A DNA stretch of 63,961 bases, the filler included, from Trichomonas gallinae (Eukaryota), in the NCBI GenBank assembly GCA_008369845.1. It is 4 parts of 4 records of this genome, joined end to end, with 100 filler letters (N's around TTAATTAATTAA, not from the genome) between each part and the next. Parts side by side here need not be neighbours in the genome. Positions count along the whole stretch, not along the records: positions 25,715 to 55,736 come from MRSU01001135.1; 3 more parts are not named here. One strand, written 5' to 3'. The number at the start of each line of letters is the position of its first letter. The first letter of the stretch is position 1. Positions 32,507 to 42,505 of the stretch are shown here, in pieces. A model generated the notes under the pieces. The model did not search any database. It was not told the DNA's origin and saw nothing but the letters and a program-made list of their open reading frames with translations. Made by a program: the position numbers and the translations under genes.

Positions 32507-33724
32507 ATGTCAGAAAACGGGCTTCGCGCTCGATTTTTGGCTGATGGAATTAATGTAAAAAACGAATGGCTGCAGAGCATGATAAATAATGGTAACTCAA
32601 GCTATGAAATGCTTTATAAAGCTTTTATGGAAACAAATATCGAACAAACAACAAATGTTAATAAAGAATTTACGCAATATCAGAACCAGAAAGTCGTCAT
32701 TTCAAGTAATAATGTTGTTCAAATCGAAGAAATCGTTGATATTTCTCTACCTTTTAATGATAGAGCTGAATTTCGTCAAGATCCGAACGGTACATTAAAA
32801 ATGTTGCTTAATATAGGCGGTTATCAATTTATTGGCATCGAAAAAACTAAAATAACGAATAATCAAATTTCTACTTTTACAACCCCTGGATCAAAATTAA
32901 GAATAAAGGCTGGATCTGTAATGAGATATGGTGTGTTGTTTATTGGAAATGATAATGTTGAGTTTCTCGGTGGATTTTCACCAGATCTTGTAGAAAAACG
33001 AAAACAGATATACAATCCATCAAACAATCAATCCAGAAATGCTCAAAGACCTATTCAACAACCACAGCCTGTTCAAAGGCCGCCAGAAGTATATGAAAGA
33101 CCATCAATTATTCCTCCACCAGCTCCAAAGCCTGTAAACAATGATCCAGCACCAGAAATTCATACTCCACAGAATGAAAATAAAGTATTGACGCCAAACT
33201 CAGGCAAATCACACTTTTTATCAGATAGCGATCCTGAGGATGACTTCCATCTTAGTGATGATAACGAGGTCATCACTTTTGGATCTCGCTCAGACAAGAA
33301 ACAGCAACAAAATGCTCAAAAACCTGCTTCAACAAATTCGAATCAGCAAAATATTACTTTAGTTCAGCCAGACAAGCAATTTAGAATAGACGAATTAGAA
33401 GCAAAGCCAGCGGAAGCAGGAAAAGCCTACTTAGCTGATGCCAAATTTGAACGTTTCGTTGCATTATTTGTTGATGGCGAGAAATTTGCATGTTCTGCTC
33501 AAATAACAGATGACAATGGCCTGCAATTGCTTGTTTCCGTGGATCACGAAGCCCTTTGCCGTGCTTTAGGCGTTGAAACTGTTTATGAATTTCTTAATTT
33601 AGATGAACTCGCAGAACAGTCGCAAAGATATATTGCAGAGCAGTATTTTGCCCAGATTTATCCTCTTAAAGTTGTTGACACGGGAGATACTTCTGGAACT
33701 CGTTTTGTTTTGCATGATTATTAA
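32507..33724 (+). CDS. RMI1: RecQ-mediated genome instability protein 1
   Basis: OB1 pattern 'VVQIEEIVDIS...TLKMLL..G...FIGIE...PGSKLRI...RYGVLFI..DNVEFLGG', a disordered linker, and a C-terminal OB-like region (SAQITDDNG...VSVDHEAL). Confidence 0.82.
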   Translation: MSENGLRARFLADGINVKNEWLQSMINNGNSSYEMLYKAFMETNIEQTTNVNKEFTQYQNQKVVISSNNVVQIEEIVDISLPFNDRAEFRQDPNGTLKMLLNIGGYQFIGIEKTKITNNQISTFTTPGSKLRIKAGSVMRYGVLFIGNDNVEFLGGFSPDLVEKRKQIYNPSNNQSRNAQRPIQQPQPVQRPPEVYERPSIIPPPAPKPVNNDPAPEIHTPQNENKVLTPNSGKSHFLSDSDPEDDFHLSDDNEVITFGSRSDKKQQQNAQKPASTNSNQQNITLVQPDKQFRIDELEAKPAEAGKAYLADAKFERFVALFVDGEKFACSAQITDDNGLQLLVSVDHEALCRALGVETVYEFLNLDELAEQSQRYIAEQYFAQIYPLKVVDTGDTSGTRFVLHDY

Positions 33725-34530
33725 TTTTCATATAATTGTTTGTTATAACTATAAAATATTCTATACCTTGAATGTTATTAAAGACAGGTTGCATGGAAAC
33801 TACCCCAAATATGAGCTTAACAAATAATATAATAGCATCCCTATAGGAAATATATAAATTATTTAATTTGTTAATGGATTTGATTAAAAAATTAGCGGAT
33901 GATGAAAATTTTTATTAGTTTGAAAGAGGAATATACGAAATTTATGTAATTAATTTGAATTTAGGTCTAAAAAATTGAATTGAATTGTTAACTTTTGTTT
34001 TCTCAAGGCAAAATATCGAGAAATCAATAGATTAGACCTAAATGGAATTATTTTATAATGTATTAACTAAATTTTAGGTAAATCGATTGAAAAATGAAAA
34101 TCAAATCGACTTTTCTGCTCTAGTATCAAAAATATTCATGTCAATAGAGTATTAGCACTTGTTTCGATGAGTTACATCAAATATCATTATTTTATAAAAT
34201 TTTGAACCAATAATGTTAATAATAATCCTTTCAACCTTGAAATTAATTCATGGGTTAAACAGATAATGCTGTTACTAATCAGAAATGTCGAAAAAAGTCG
34301 AAAAAATTCAATGGAAAAATAAAATGTTAAATAAAATCATTGAAGAACAACAGCTTTACTTTAGCAGTCTATTAAGTATTTTAGTTCTAATGAAGACAGT
34401 CAGAAAAAGAGAAAAAGATACGTTATATTTTATTAGTCGAAGGGAAAAGTATATAAAAAGCATTTGGAATGTATTAATATAAGTAGATTTAGGCAAATTA
34501 AACTCATAAATATAATACGAAAAAAGGAAA

Positions 34531-34794
34531 TTAAATCAAGAGGCAGCATGAAGATCCACTCTGAGCTGGCTTATCAGATTTCTTAGTTTCCTTTTCATCG
34601 CCATCCTTCTTCTTCTTATCCTCGCCGCTTTCAGAAGACTCTTCCTTCTTCTTCTCTACCTTAACATCAGCCTTGTCGTCGTCTGACTTTGTCTTCTTCT
34701 TCTCTACCTTTGCATCGCCGTAATCCTTTTTCTTAGCATCGAATTCACTCTGTGGGACTTTCTGTTGCTTAAGATTAGGTAGCTCGTCTGACAT
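34531..34794 (-). CDS. Small K/D/E-rich disordered protein with C-terminal CaaX (SSCCLLI)
   Basis: 87 aa with biased codons (AAG/GAG). It ends in CCLLI, a prenylation motif plus an adjacent Cys. Confidence 0.8.
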   Translation of the reverse strand: MSDELPNLKQQKVPQSEFDAKKKDYGDAKVEKKKTKSDDDKADVKVEKKKEESSESGEDKKKKDGDEKETKKSDKPAQSGSSCCLLI

Positions 34795-35285
34795 TCTAAA
34801 AAAATAATTCCTTTACAACTGGCTAGGTCTTAACGATAGACTAAAAAACGGGAAATAATCGTACATTTTGCGAAAATGTGTTTTTTAGATTCTTTATGTG
34901 ATTATTAATGTTTTTCTTGTGATTTTTTTTTCAACACATTGAATTTGAAAATTTTTTGTTTTTTAAAATATACAATCGATATAGTATTTGAATCACAATT
35001 TTGCGTTTTTTCTCATTCAAAAAGAAGGAAAAAAATGTTTTCAAAACTGTGTAGATTATATATTGATTATAGATGCATATTTTTAAATAAAAAAATGATA
35101 CAAATTACGTTTACAATTTCATTAAAAAGCTTAAAAGACAAATCAACAGAAATCCCTATATATATGTAAAGACAAAATCCCGCTAATATTTATTCAATTC
35201 ATTAATATTTATTTGTCAGAATGTCAAAAGCATGATTAATTCTATTCTCACTGGGAAATACTTGATTATCTAATCATTATTTCTA

Positions 35286-35437
35286 AGGATGTCGCAAGGT
35301 AAACAAAGGTAGTTTCTACCGATCCGGGACGAAATCGGAATTTTAAAAATCTATCCAATTTCGTTCTGGACCGATTTGCAAACATCCTGTGCACTAAAAC
35401 ACACCTGATATTAACATTTCAGGTGTGCTTTGGTGCA
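35286..35437. repeat. Structured intergenic element (nested inverted repeats plus adjacent 19-bp hairpin)
   Basis: 35286-35297 pairs with 35376-35388; 35321-35339 pairs with 35354-35372; 35390-35408 pairs with 35419-35437 (17/19). Confidence 0.7.
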
Positions 35438-35693
35438 TTGGGCGTCTACAAACACTTTTTAAAAAATAATTGCAAAAATTCATATGTCTTTTAAAGTAAG
35501 CAAGACTTTCAACAAGATGTAATGATCTTATTAATAATTTATCAAAAATTCAAAAATATAAATCTTCAAATTGTGTTTAGATGAAAATTTATAGTGATGA
35601 ATTCATATATTTTGTTGAAAGAATTGATTCTTAATAAGAGGTAATAAAAATATTTATATAACAAAAAAAAAACAAAAAAAATCCGTAAATAAG

Positions 35694-36602
35694 TTAAACA
35701 AATATAGACTCCTCAAGTTCTGTAGTTCTCTCCATTGGTTTGACATCATATCTTTCAGCCAGGAAAATCATTATTAAAAAGATAACGTAATCGAGTAGAT
35801 ATCTATATATTACAAATAAGAAGCCAATCAGCCATGAATACATGTTTTTGTTTGAATAGCTGAATTGTCCTATAAATTTTCCATCTAATACGAATAAACG
35901 AAGTGGGGAGACAATGCAAAATGCCAATGCATAAGCAAACAAGTAGATTTTCATCAGCTTATTCTTTGATTCATCAAATAGTTTTGGTATTTTGGAAAAT
36001 ATGAATATTACAACTAAAGCTACAAAGGAAAGAGCATCCACACCGATTTCAACTGGTACTAAGACTTTTGAATAATAGAATCCATAGTCATAATACAGGA
36101 ATTCTCTAAAGCTAGAACTGATATTAACGTATGATAATATTGATTTGAGTGCTGTTACTATGCTGAAGAAGTATTGCAATGCCATAGCAAAGAATTTGAA
36201 AAGCATGAGTCTTTCATCAATAAATACAATAATTCTACAAATTTGAACAAGATAAATGCATAAACCCATCATATAAAGATCGCTTGACATCGATGTTATG
36301 TTTGTAAATGCAGTTGAAGTCTCCGTGTTTGCGTCTGCATGTAGAATAAAATAATAATACATCAAAATAACGCAAAATACAACAAACGATACTGCATATC
36401 CAACCCCTGGAGGAGATGAGTAATTCCATATTGATTGTACTTGGTTTTTCCTCGAAATATCAGCAATAATATAAGTAAAAGGTAATAAAAACGCTACAGT
36501 AACAATAACGCCAACAACAGACATAGGATGATCGCACTCGAATGTAGCTAATGTTGAGCAACGATGATACTGATCTTTACTATACCATAGACTATTATTC
36601 AT
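35694..36602 (-). CDS. Predicted seven-transmembrane protein
   Basis: Seven hydrophobic segments in 302 aa, an N-terminal NNS sequon and a short acidic tail. Confidence 0.7.
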   Translation of the reverse strand: MNNSLWYSKDQYHRCSTLATFECDHPMSVVGVIVTVAFLLPFTYIIADISRKNQVQSIWNYSSPPGVGYAVSFVVFCVILMYYYFILHADANTETSTAFTNITSMSSDLYMMGLCIYLVQICRIIVFIDERLMLFKFFAMALQYFFSIVTALKSILSYVNISSSFREFLYYDYGFYYSKVLVPVEIGVDALSFVALVVIFIFSKIPKLFDESKNKLMKIYLFAYALAFCIVSPLRLFVLDGKFIGQFSYSNKNMYSWLIGFLFVIYRYLLDYVIFLIMIFLAERYDVKPMERTTELEESIFV

Positions 36603-37268
36603 AATAGTGCGATACCGAATTCAATTTACATGGCAAATAAATAATAAACTACTCAAATAAATTTTTCTTAAATATTATCAGTAATTTTCACTTTTATCAT
36701 GAATTATAGAAAAATTTTGATAAATTTATTTGATGACATTTTGACTGTGTCAATTTTATCGTCTTTTTTTCACAAAAATGTTAGCGAGTATTACTATTTC
36801 ATTTCGTTGATCTTATTTCACTATACCTGGTGGTTTATGATAATGTATATTTCGAAGAAATTAACAGTATTTTTCAAATGTTGAAAATTGAATCTTTCAA
36901 ATTTATATCGAAATAACTCAAATTACATAGAGTCTTAGTTATGCTTTATAATTTGATGAAATTATATACTGTAATTGCTCAAAGAATAATAATAAAAAAT
37001 TATACTGTTTCATCTTTATTTATTAGAAAGAAAAATATCGTTGATTTTTCACATAGTATTGTTTTATTATGTTTGAAACTTTGTTGATAATTAATGAAAT
37101 TAATTTTTTGATTGTGATTTAAGTTTCTTAAATATTTTTAGCATTTCTTTACCAAAATATGTATTGTATGATTATTATTGCGTTTTGTATTTCTATGAAA
37201 TTAAATTCAAAAAAAAAAAATAAATTATAAAGCATAATATATAAACATAATATTTAATATATAAATTG

Positions 37269-38744
37269 TTACTCTATGATATCACCATTGAGCACTTTAT
37301 CCAAATAAGCAATAATTTCATGGATCTTATCTGATCTGATTTGATCATCTGAGAACATTTCCATAACTGTAGTGTGACAGATTTCGCACAAGTCATCATT
37401 TCTTAACTGATCTATTGCGTCTGGAGAATTGTATTCGAGAGCTTTTTGAATGAAAATCCTGCACAAGAACATACATGAATAAATGAGCTCTGATTGGTCG
37501 CTTTCCATCAAAATTGATGCAATTTCTTCAGCAACTTTCGGAGTTAAAATTTTCTCGAAAATTTGATCATTAACTTCTGGCGGAGCAGCCTTCAGTATTG
37601 ATGTAAGTAACTTAATTGCTCGCAATTTGAATGCAAATGGTGCCGAATTCAACCATTCATTCACGAGATCCAGAATTTGGCGATCTAGTATCAATTGTAG
37701 AGCATAATCTCTTTCAAGTACTAATTCTGAGCAAATTTCGGCTGCAAGTGCAAGAAAATCGTCTTCACGAGTAATATCTAAAAATGAATCTATATATCCA
37801 GCAAGCTTATTGATTACAAGATCTCTAGCTGGTGTTTGTAGACATTCTAAAATGACTCTGGCTGCTTCTTGTGAGTTTTTTTGTGCTTTTTCGATAAATT
37901 CTACTGGAAGTTTGCTGATTGGCGATTTGTAGATTGTAGGTCTGGTTGCCTTATCCAGTATTATTTCCAGAAACTCGATATTTTGTTGTAATTCAACAAG
38001 AATATCTGGCTGTTTCCTGATGGCCAATTTAATTTGGACGAGAAGTGGTATAATATTAGGAATGGGGTATTGATTGTTAGTATCCATATGTTCTATGTCC
38101 TTTAAAAGTGGTACAACAAATGCAATAACATTCAATGCTTGATTAAATGCAGATTTATATTTAGTAAAACTTGAAAGCATTAAAATTGTAGTTTCTGCGA
38201 ACTGACTATCTAATCGAATAAGTGCATCTGCATCTTCTGGCTGTAATTCAAGTTCAATTAATGTCTGGTAATTTGAACAATCGTAATAGAAGCTGTATAG
38301 CAAATAAATGATATAGCGTATTAATTCAAGGTCTATTTGTACGTTTTCTGATGTTAATTCGTGAAGTTTTTCTTCAATTATTGCCATAAAGTGATTATCA
38401 TTAACCAATGTAATTGTAATTTGTCCACTTCGATCGTTACAAAGCCCAATCATAAGATATATCGATTTACCAAAGAATTCATCGTTCCTTTTTGCAATAT
38501 CAAGCAAAAAATTAACAAGGCCGCGTTCTAAAGCGTATTTGAATATAGAAGAGCTTTCATTTGAAAAGAAATTGAACATTGTATTTACTTCAGCCGAATA
38601 CATATCAATATTTTCTTGCTCAATCGCAATCCTCAAAAGATCGAAATGTTCATTGAAAAGTCGAATAATTGGGCTGTTTTCATCAAAGCTTTTGTCATTG
38701 TAGCTCGATGGATCAAAGTCTTCATCTTCCTGATGAAAATCCAT
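37269..38744 (-). CDS. ARM/HEAT-like helical hypothetical protein
   Basis: 491-aa amphipathic-helix ORF. 'LNSAPFAFKLRAIKLL' resembles importin-alpha-like C-terminal ARMs. Confidence 0.6.
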   Translation of the reverse strand: MDFHQEDEDFDPSSYNDKSFDENSPIIRLFNEHFDLLRIAIEQENIDMYSAEVNTMFNFFSNESSSIFKYALERGLVNFLLDIAKRNDEFFGKSIYLMIGLCNDRSGQITITLVNDNHFMAIIEEKLHELTSENVQIDLELIRYIIYLLYSFYYDCSNYQTLIELELQPEDADALIRLDSQFAETTILMLSSFTKYKSAFNQALNVIAFVVPLLKDIEHMDTNNQYPIPNIIPLLVQIKLAIRKQPDILVELQQNIEFLEIILDKATRPTIYKSPISKLPVEFIEKAQKNSQEAARVILECLQTPARDLVINKLAGYIDSFLDITREDDFLALAAEICSELVLERDYALQLILDRQILDLVNEWLNSAPFAFKLRAIKLLTSILKAAPPEVNDQIFEKILTPKVAEEIASILMESDQSELIYSCMFLCRIFIQKALEYNSPDAIDQLRNDDLCEICHTTVMEMFSDDQIRSDKIHEIIAYLDKVLNGDIIE

Positions 38745-38820
38745 TTATGTCACTTTTTGTTTTTTTACTTTACAAAGTTTTTTGACACTATGACTTTACA
38801 AATGACAGATTTTTGCAATT

Positions 38821-38922
38821 TATACGGGCGCGTAAGGGCCCTAAAAATGTGCGAAAACTAATTATGAGGCTTATGATTATTTTCACTTTAAAGTGCATTG
38901 AAATTTGAATTGAAAATAATCG
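38821..38922. repeat. Dispersed ~100-bp repeat, copy 1
   Basis: Shares tatacgggcgc, atgattRttttca.tttaaa and atttgaattgaaaataatcg with 46979-47083. Confidence 0.75.
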
Positions 38923-39162
38923 ATTATTTCTGATTCACACAGAGGCACTGTTGGATATTCATTATCTTTGTTGTGTAACAACATTTGACTGCTATAATAA
39001 GGTTATTAATATTCATTATCTTTTTTCAAGCAATCAATCTATTATGATAAATTTCAGTCGATTTATAAGCGTGTAATAGATATAGGTTTGAATTATAATC
39101 ATTTATTTTGAATACAAAATTGTTTTTCAATAATATAGATTAATATGCAATGTCGAATAGTA

Positions 39163-40038
39163 TTACTGGTATTTTGTTGGATTTGACTTGATCATCTTCC
39201 AATAATTCGATTTGTGTGGTTCCAAATCTATTAATTTGTCGCACCATTTTTCTTGTGCTTCCTTATCATTTTCTATGGTTGCAATTGTATAGAGAAGAGA
39301 ATAAATCTCCTTGAAGTGGTAATCTTCAAGTGAATTGACATATTCTTTAACTTCTGGGAGTAATGATGGATCTAGCTTAAGAAGGCCGCGAATATAGTTT
39401 GCAATGCTTTCGTTTTGATAATCTCTGACAAAAACAGATTTGATATATTCAAATTCTTCGCGAACATCTAATTTGAATGTTTCAACGAGCCACATTCTGA
39501 AATTAAGCGCGCTGTTATTAGTTGTTTCTGTTTTGATGATATCATTCGTGAATTTCAAGAAATATTCGTAAGTGTTCCATCTTTGAGCGAACCAGCACCA
39601 GAATTGGTAAGCATGGAAGTTCTTCTGATCAAATGCGATGATTCTAAATAGTCTTTTTTCTTCATCTGGCATAGTCTCGCAACGATCGTCTAAAAACCTG
39701 CGGTGATTCCATATTTGATATGGCTTAGGAGATCCAAGCAACTGTTCATCAACGAAATCCATCTCTTCTTCCCACTTGTAACCGATCTGTTTAAGAATTT
39801 CTTGCCTATACCACCATACAGTGATATTAGATGGGTTGTTGCTGATAATGTATGTAGTTAAATCAAGTGCGCGCTGAGAAATTTCCATTTTATTCAATGC
39901 GGCTCTGAAAATACCCATGATATAAATGTATTCGTCTGAGTATAACACTTTAATGGCATCATCATCTGATTGTGTTGAAGGAATTGGCTCTGTATCCATC
40001 CAAGCTTCTTTAATTTTCTCGAATAACTCTTCCGTCAT
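39163..40038 (-). CDS. FNTA: Protein farnesyltransferase/geranylgeranyltransferase-I alpha subunit
   Basis: PPTA repeats (NPSNITVWWYR, PKPYQIWNHRR, DQKNFHAY, NNSALNFR, NESIANY). Inr TCACTTT on the minus strand at 40046-40052. Confidence 0.9.
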   Translation of the reverse strand: MTEELFEKIKEAWMDTEPIPSTQSDDDAIKVLYSDEYIYIMGIFRAALNKMEISQRALDLTTYIISNNPSNITVWWYRQEILKQIGYKWEEEMDFVDEQLLGSPKPYQIWNHRRFLDDRCETMPDEEKRLFRIIAFDQKNFHAYQFWCWFAQRWNTYEYFLKFTNDIIKTETTNNSALNFRMWLVETFKLDVREEFEYIKSVFVRDYQNESIANYIRGLLKLDPSLLPEVKEYVNSLEDYHFKEIYSLLYTIATIENDKEAQEKWCDKLIDLEPHKSNYWKMIKSNPTKYQ

Positions 40039-40464
40039 TTTTTTGAAAGTGACAATAAAACTGAAAATTTATATGTCAGATTTTCTTTACATGACATATT
40101 TTGCTTTTTTTTTATAATACATAATAATAAATAATTAATAATAATATAGACTATTCCATTATAATTAATCAATAATTGTACTGATATACTATCCACACGT
40201 TGAAATGCTAATACATATCATTCATATTAACATCTTAATGTAAAAATATTTAAATATTATGTTTAAGCTTTCTCGAAAAGTATGCATATTTACCCTCTAT
40301 GATTCCTTATTTTTAGTTTAAAGCTAATATTATTTTACCAAAAAAAAAAAATGAAGAACATAATGAAATATGTGGTAAGCAATATATTTATGATGAAAAG
40401 AAACATTTATTAATAAATTGATTCACAATAACTGATAATATATTATAACAAAAATAACAAAAAC

Positions 40465-41121
40465 TTAGATTGTATCCATTTGACTAAATTCAAATGCATC
40501 ATCGCCAATAATTGCGCGGGTGAACTCTATTTCATTGTCCTCTGCGTTTCTATGATTCTTATATAAAATATAAATTCCAACGCCTGTCAAAACTACAATA
40601 ATAGCAAATACTAAGAATGCTTCTTGTGAATATGACTGATATTCAGGTGGTGTCATAATAAATGATCTTGAAGGACTTGGAGTTCGAGCTGGAGTAATAA
40701 TAATTGGTACTTCTGTCATTTCAGGAAGCGGTTCTGGTGTTTCTGTTGGAAAAACTGTTGGATTTGGCGATTGTTCTGGTGTCGGTAAAATAATTTTTGT
40801 TGGTTGAGGTGTTTGTGTTAATGTTGGTGGTATTTTTGTAGCGTTTGGTGTTACAGTAACAACAGTCGTTGGTGCTGGTGTTTTTGTAGAATTTGTAGAA
40901 TTCGTTGTTAAAACTGTAGTTTGTGGTGGTGCAGTAGCTGCTGCAGTTCGAGGTGGTAATGTTTGTGTTGGTGATTTTGTTTGTGTTGGAGTTTGAATTT
41001 TTTCAGTTGGCTTCGGAACAGGAATCGTTGCAGTTGGTTTTGTTTTATTTGTCTGTGTTGTGTTGGCCATTAACGCACGATTTGCGCTGGAAAATGAGAA
41101 GTAGATTAAAAAATTTAGCAT
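40465..41121 (-). CDS. Mucin-like Thr/Pro-rich type I membrane protein
   Basis: ATG at 41121 gives a signal-like MLNFLIYFSFS, then a T/P-rich stalk, a TM segment (AFLVFAIIVVLTGVGIYILY) and an acidic tail. AAAGTGAC and CCTTT motifs lie just upstream. Confidence 0.8.
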   Translation of the reverse strand: MLNFLIYFSFSSANRALMANTTQTNKTKPTATIPVPKPTEKIQTPTQTKSPTQTLPPRTAAATAPPQTTVLTTNSTNSTKTPAPTTVVTVTPNATKIPPTLTQTPQPTKIILPTPEQSPNPTVFPTETPEPLPEMTEVPIIITPARTPSPSRSFIMTPPEYQSYSQEAFLVFAIIVVLTGVGIYILYKNHRNAEDNEIEFTRAIIGDDAFEFSQMDTI

Positions 41122-41415
41122 TGCGAAAGGATAAGATCTAATTCTTGTCACTTTTATTTTAGGGTCCCCCCTAAATTATTTTTTCTTTACAATTTCAAAA
41201 ATTGTCCAGAGACGATCATTTTTACCGTAACTGCTTTTTTTAGCCCATATATAAGGCGAATGTTAAACAGATCAATGACATTTTAATGATATTAAATATT
41301 GAGGAAATAATTATTTCATGTTGGTCGTGCGAAATGGCAAGAACAAGACTCTGCAGATATCATGTAAAGTTAAAAAAGAATTTAATCAAAAAAAGTAAAA
41401 CAATGCATAAAATGC

Positions 41416-41874
41416 TTATTTTGCGACAGCCTTCTTAGCAGCCTGTTTCTTGCGCCAGCTGTTGATAGCAGCCTTGATAGCATCCTGAGCGAGCATGGAG
41501 CAGTGCTGCTTAACTGGTGGAAGATTGAGTTCCTTAGCAATGGCTGTGTTCTTGATAGCAAGGGCCTCCTCGACTGTCTTGCCCTTGATCATTGTTGTAG
41601 CGAGTGAAGAAGAAGCTACAGCAGCTGGGCAACCGAATGCGCGGAATTTAACATCCTCAATAACGCCCTTATCGTTGACCTTGACCTGGAGCTTGAGAGC
41701 ATCACCGCAGGCTGGTGCACCGACGATGCCTGTGCCGACATGCTCATCCTTCATGTCAAGTGAGCCAGTGTTTTGTGGGTTCTTGAAGTGCTTGTTAACA
41801 TTCTCATGATACATCATGACGCCGAGGGCCTTCATGACATTGGATGGTGCTTGTGTGGATGCGAATGCGAGCAT
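41416..41874 (-). CDS. iscU: Fe-S cluster scaffold IscU with hydrogenosomal-type leader
   Basis: GAPACGD, FGC, LPPVK and HC motifs; short MLA... leader; strong codon bias. Confidence 0.97.
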   Translation of the reverse strand: MLAFASTQAPSNVMKALGVMMYHENVNKHFKNPQNTGSLDMKDEHVGTGIVGAPACGDALKLQVKVNDKGVIEDVKFRAFGCPAAVASSSLATTMIKGKTVEEALAIKNTAIAKELNLPPVKQHCSMLAQDAIKAAINSWRKKQAAKKAVAK

Positions 41875-41882
41875 TTTACAAT

Positions 41883-41889
41883 AAAATGA
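41883..41889 (-). promoter_or_regulatory. Initiator (Inr) TCATTTT of iscU
   Basis: Lies 8 nt before the ATG on the minus strand. Confidence 0.65.
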
Positions 41890-42505
41890 AGAGGGAAAAT
41901 TTTCCTCACAAAAAAAATTTTTTTCATGTAAATCATTGTTGGTCGACGGTTTTATCAGCCTGCAGCCAACTATAAGAATTTCCTCGATAAACGCAATGTA
42001 GTCCTTTTGGTGGGTCTATATTTGTGGGATAAATCTTAATTAACGCAAATTTCCCAAAAAAAAATTAATCGTGATGACCCTTTATAATATTAAAATATAA
42101 ATTTATTATTTATGAATGCTTATTGTTATGATGGTCAAATTTCTTCAGGGAAATTTCCCTAAATAATTTTCCTTCCTCCAATTACTCGAAAATAAGTATC
42201 TATACAGCATGTAGATTACCATATTCTTGTTTTTATCAAAAAATATTGATGGGAAAAACTCGGTTAAATTTTTTGACATGTAAAAATTTTAAATGTCAAA
42301 ATTATGATCATACTAAATGAAATGCATAATACGATGGAATTTACCACTAATTGATTTATTCTTTAAAAATCATATTTAAAATAGTAAATATATTAATTTC
42401 AATTTATATCTTGGGAAATCATTTTGCTATATCAAAAAGATGAATATATTGTGCTATATAATGATTAAAAACATAACTAGTATTTTACAAACATAACTAA
42501 TAAAA

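Noticed and set aside
35286..35455. H/ACA snoRNA
   Set aside because: An ACA follows the second hairpin, but there is no ANANNA hinge.
34531..40038. CaaX protein functionally linked to the nearby prenyltransferase gene
   Set aside because: Two unrelated genes intervene; proximity is likely chance.
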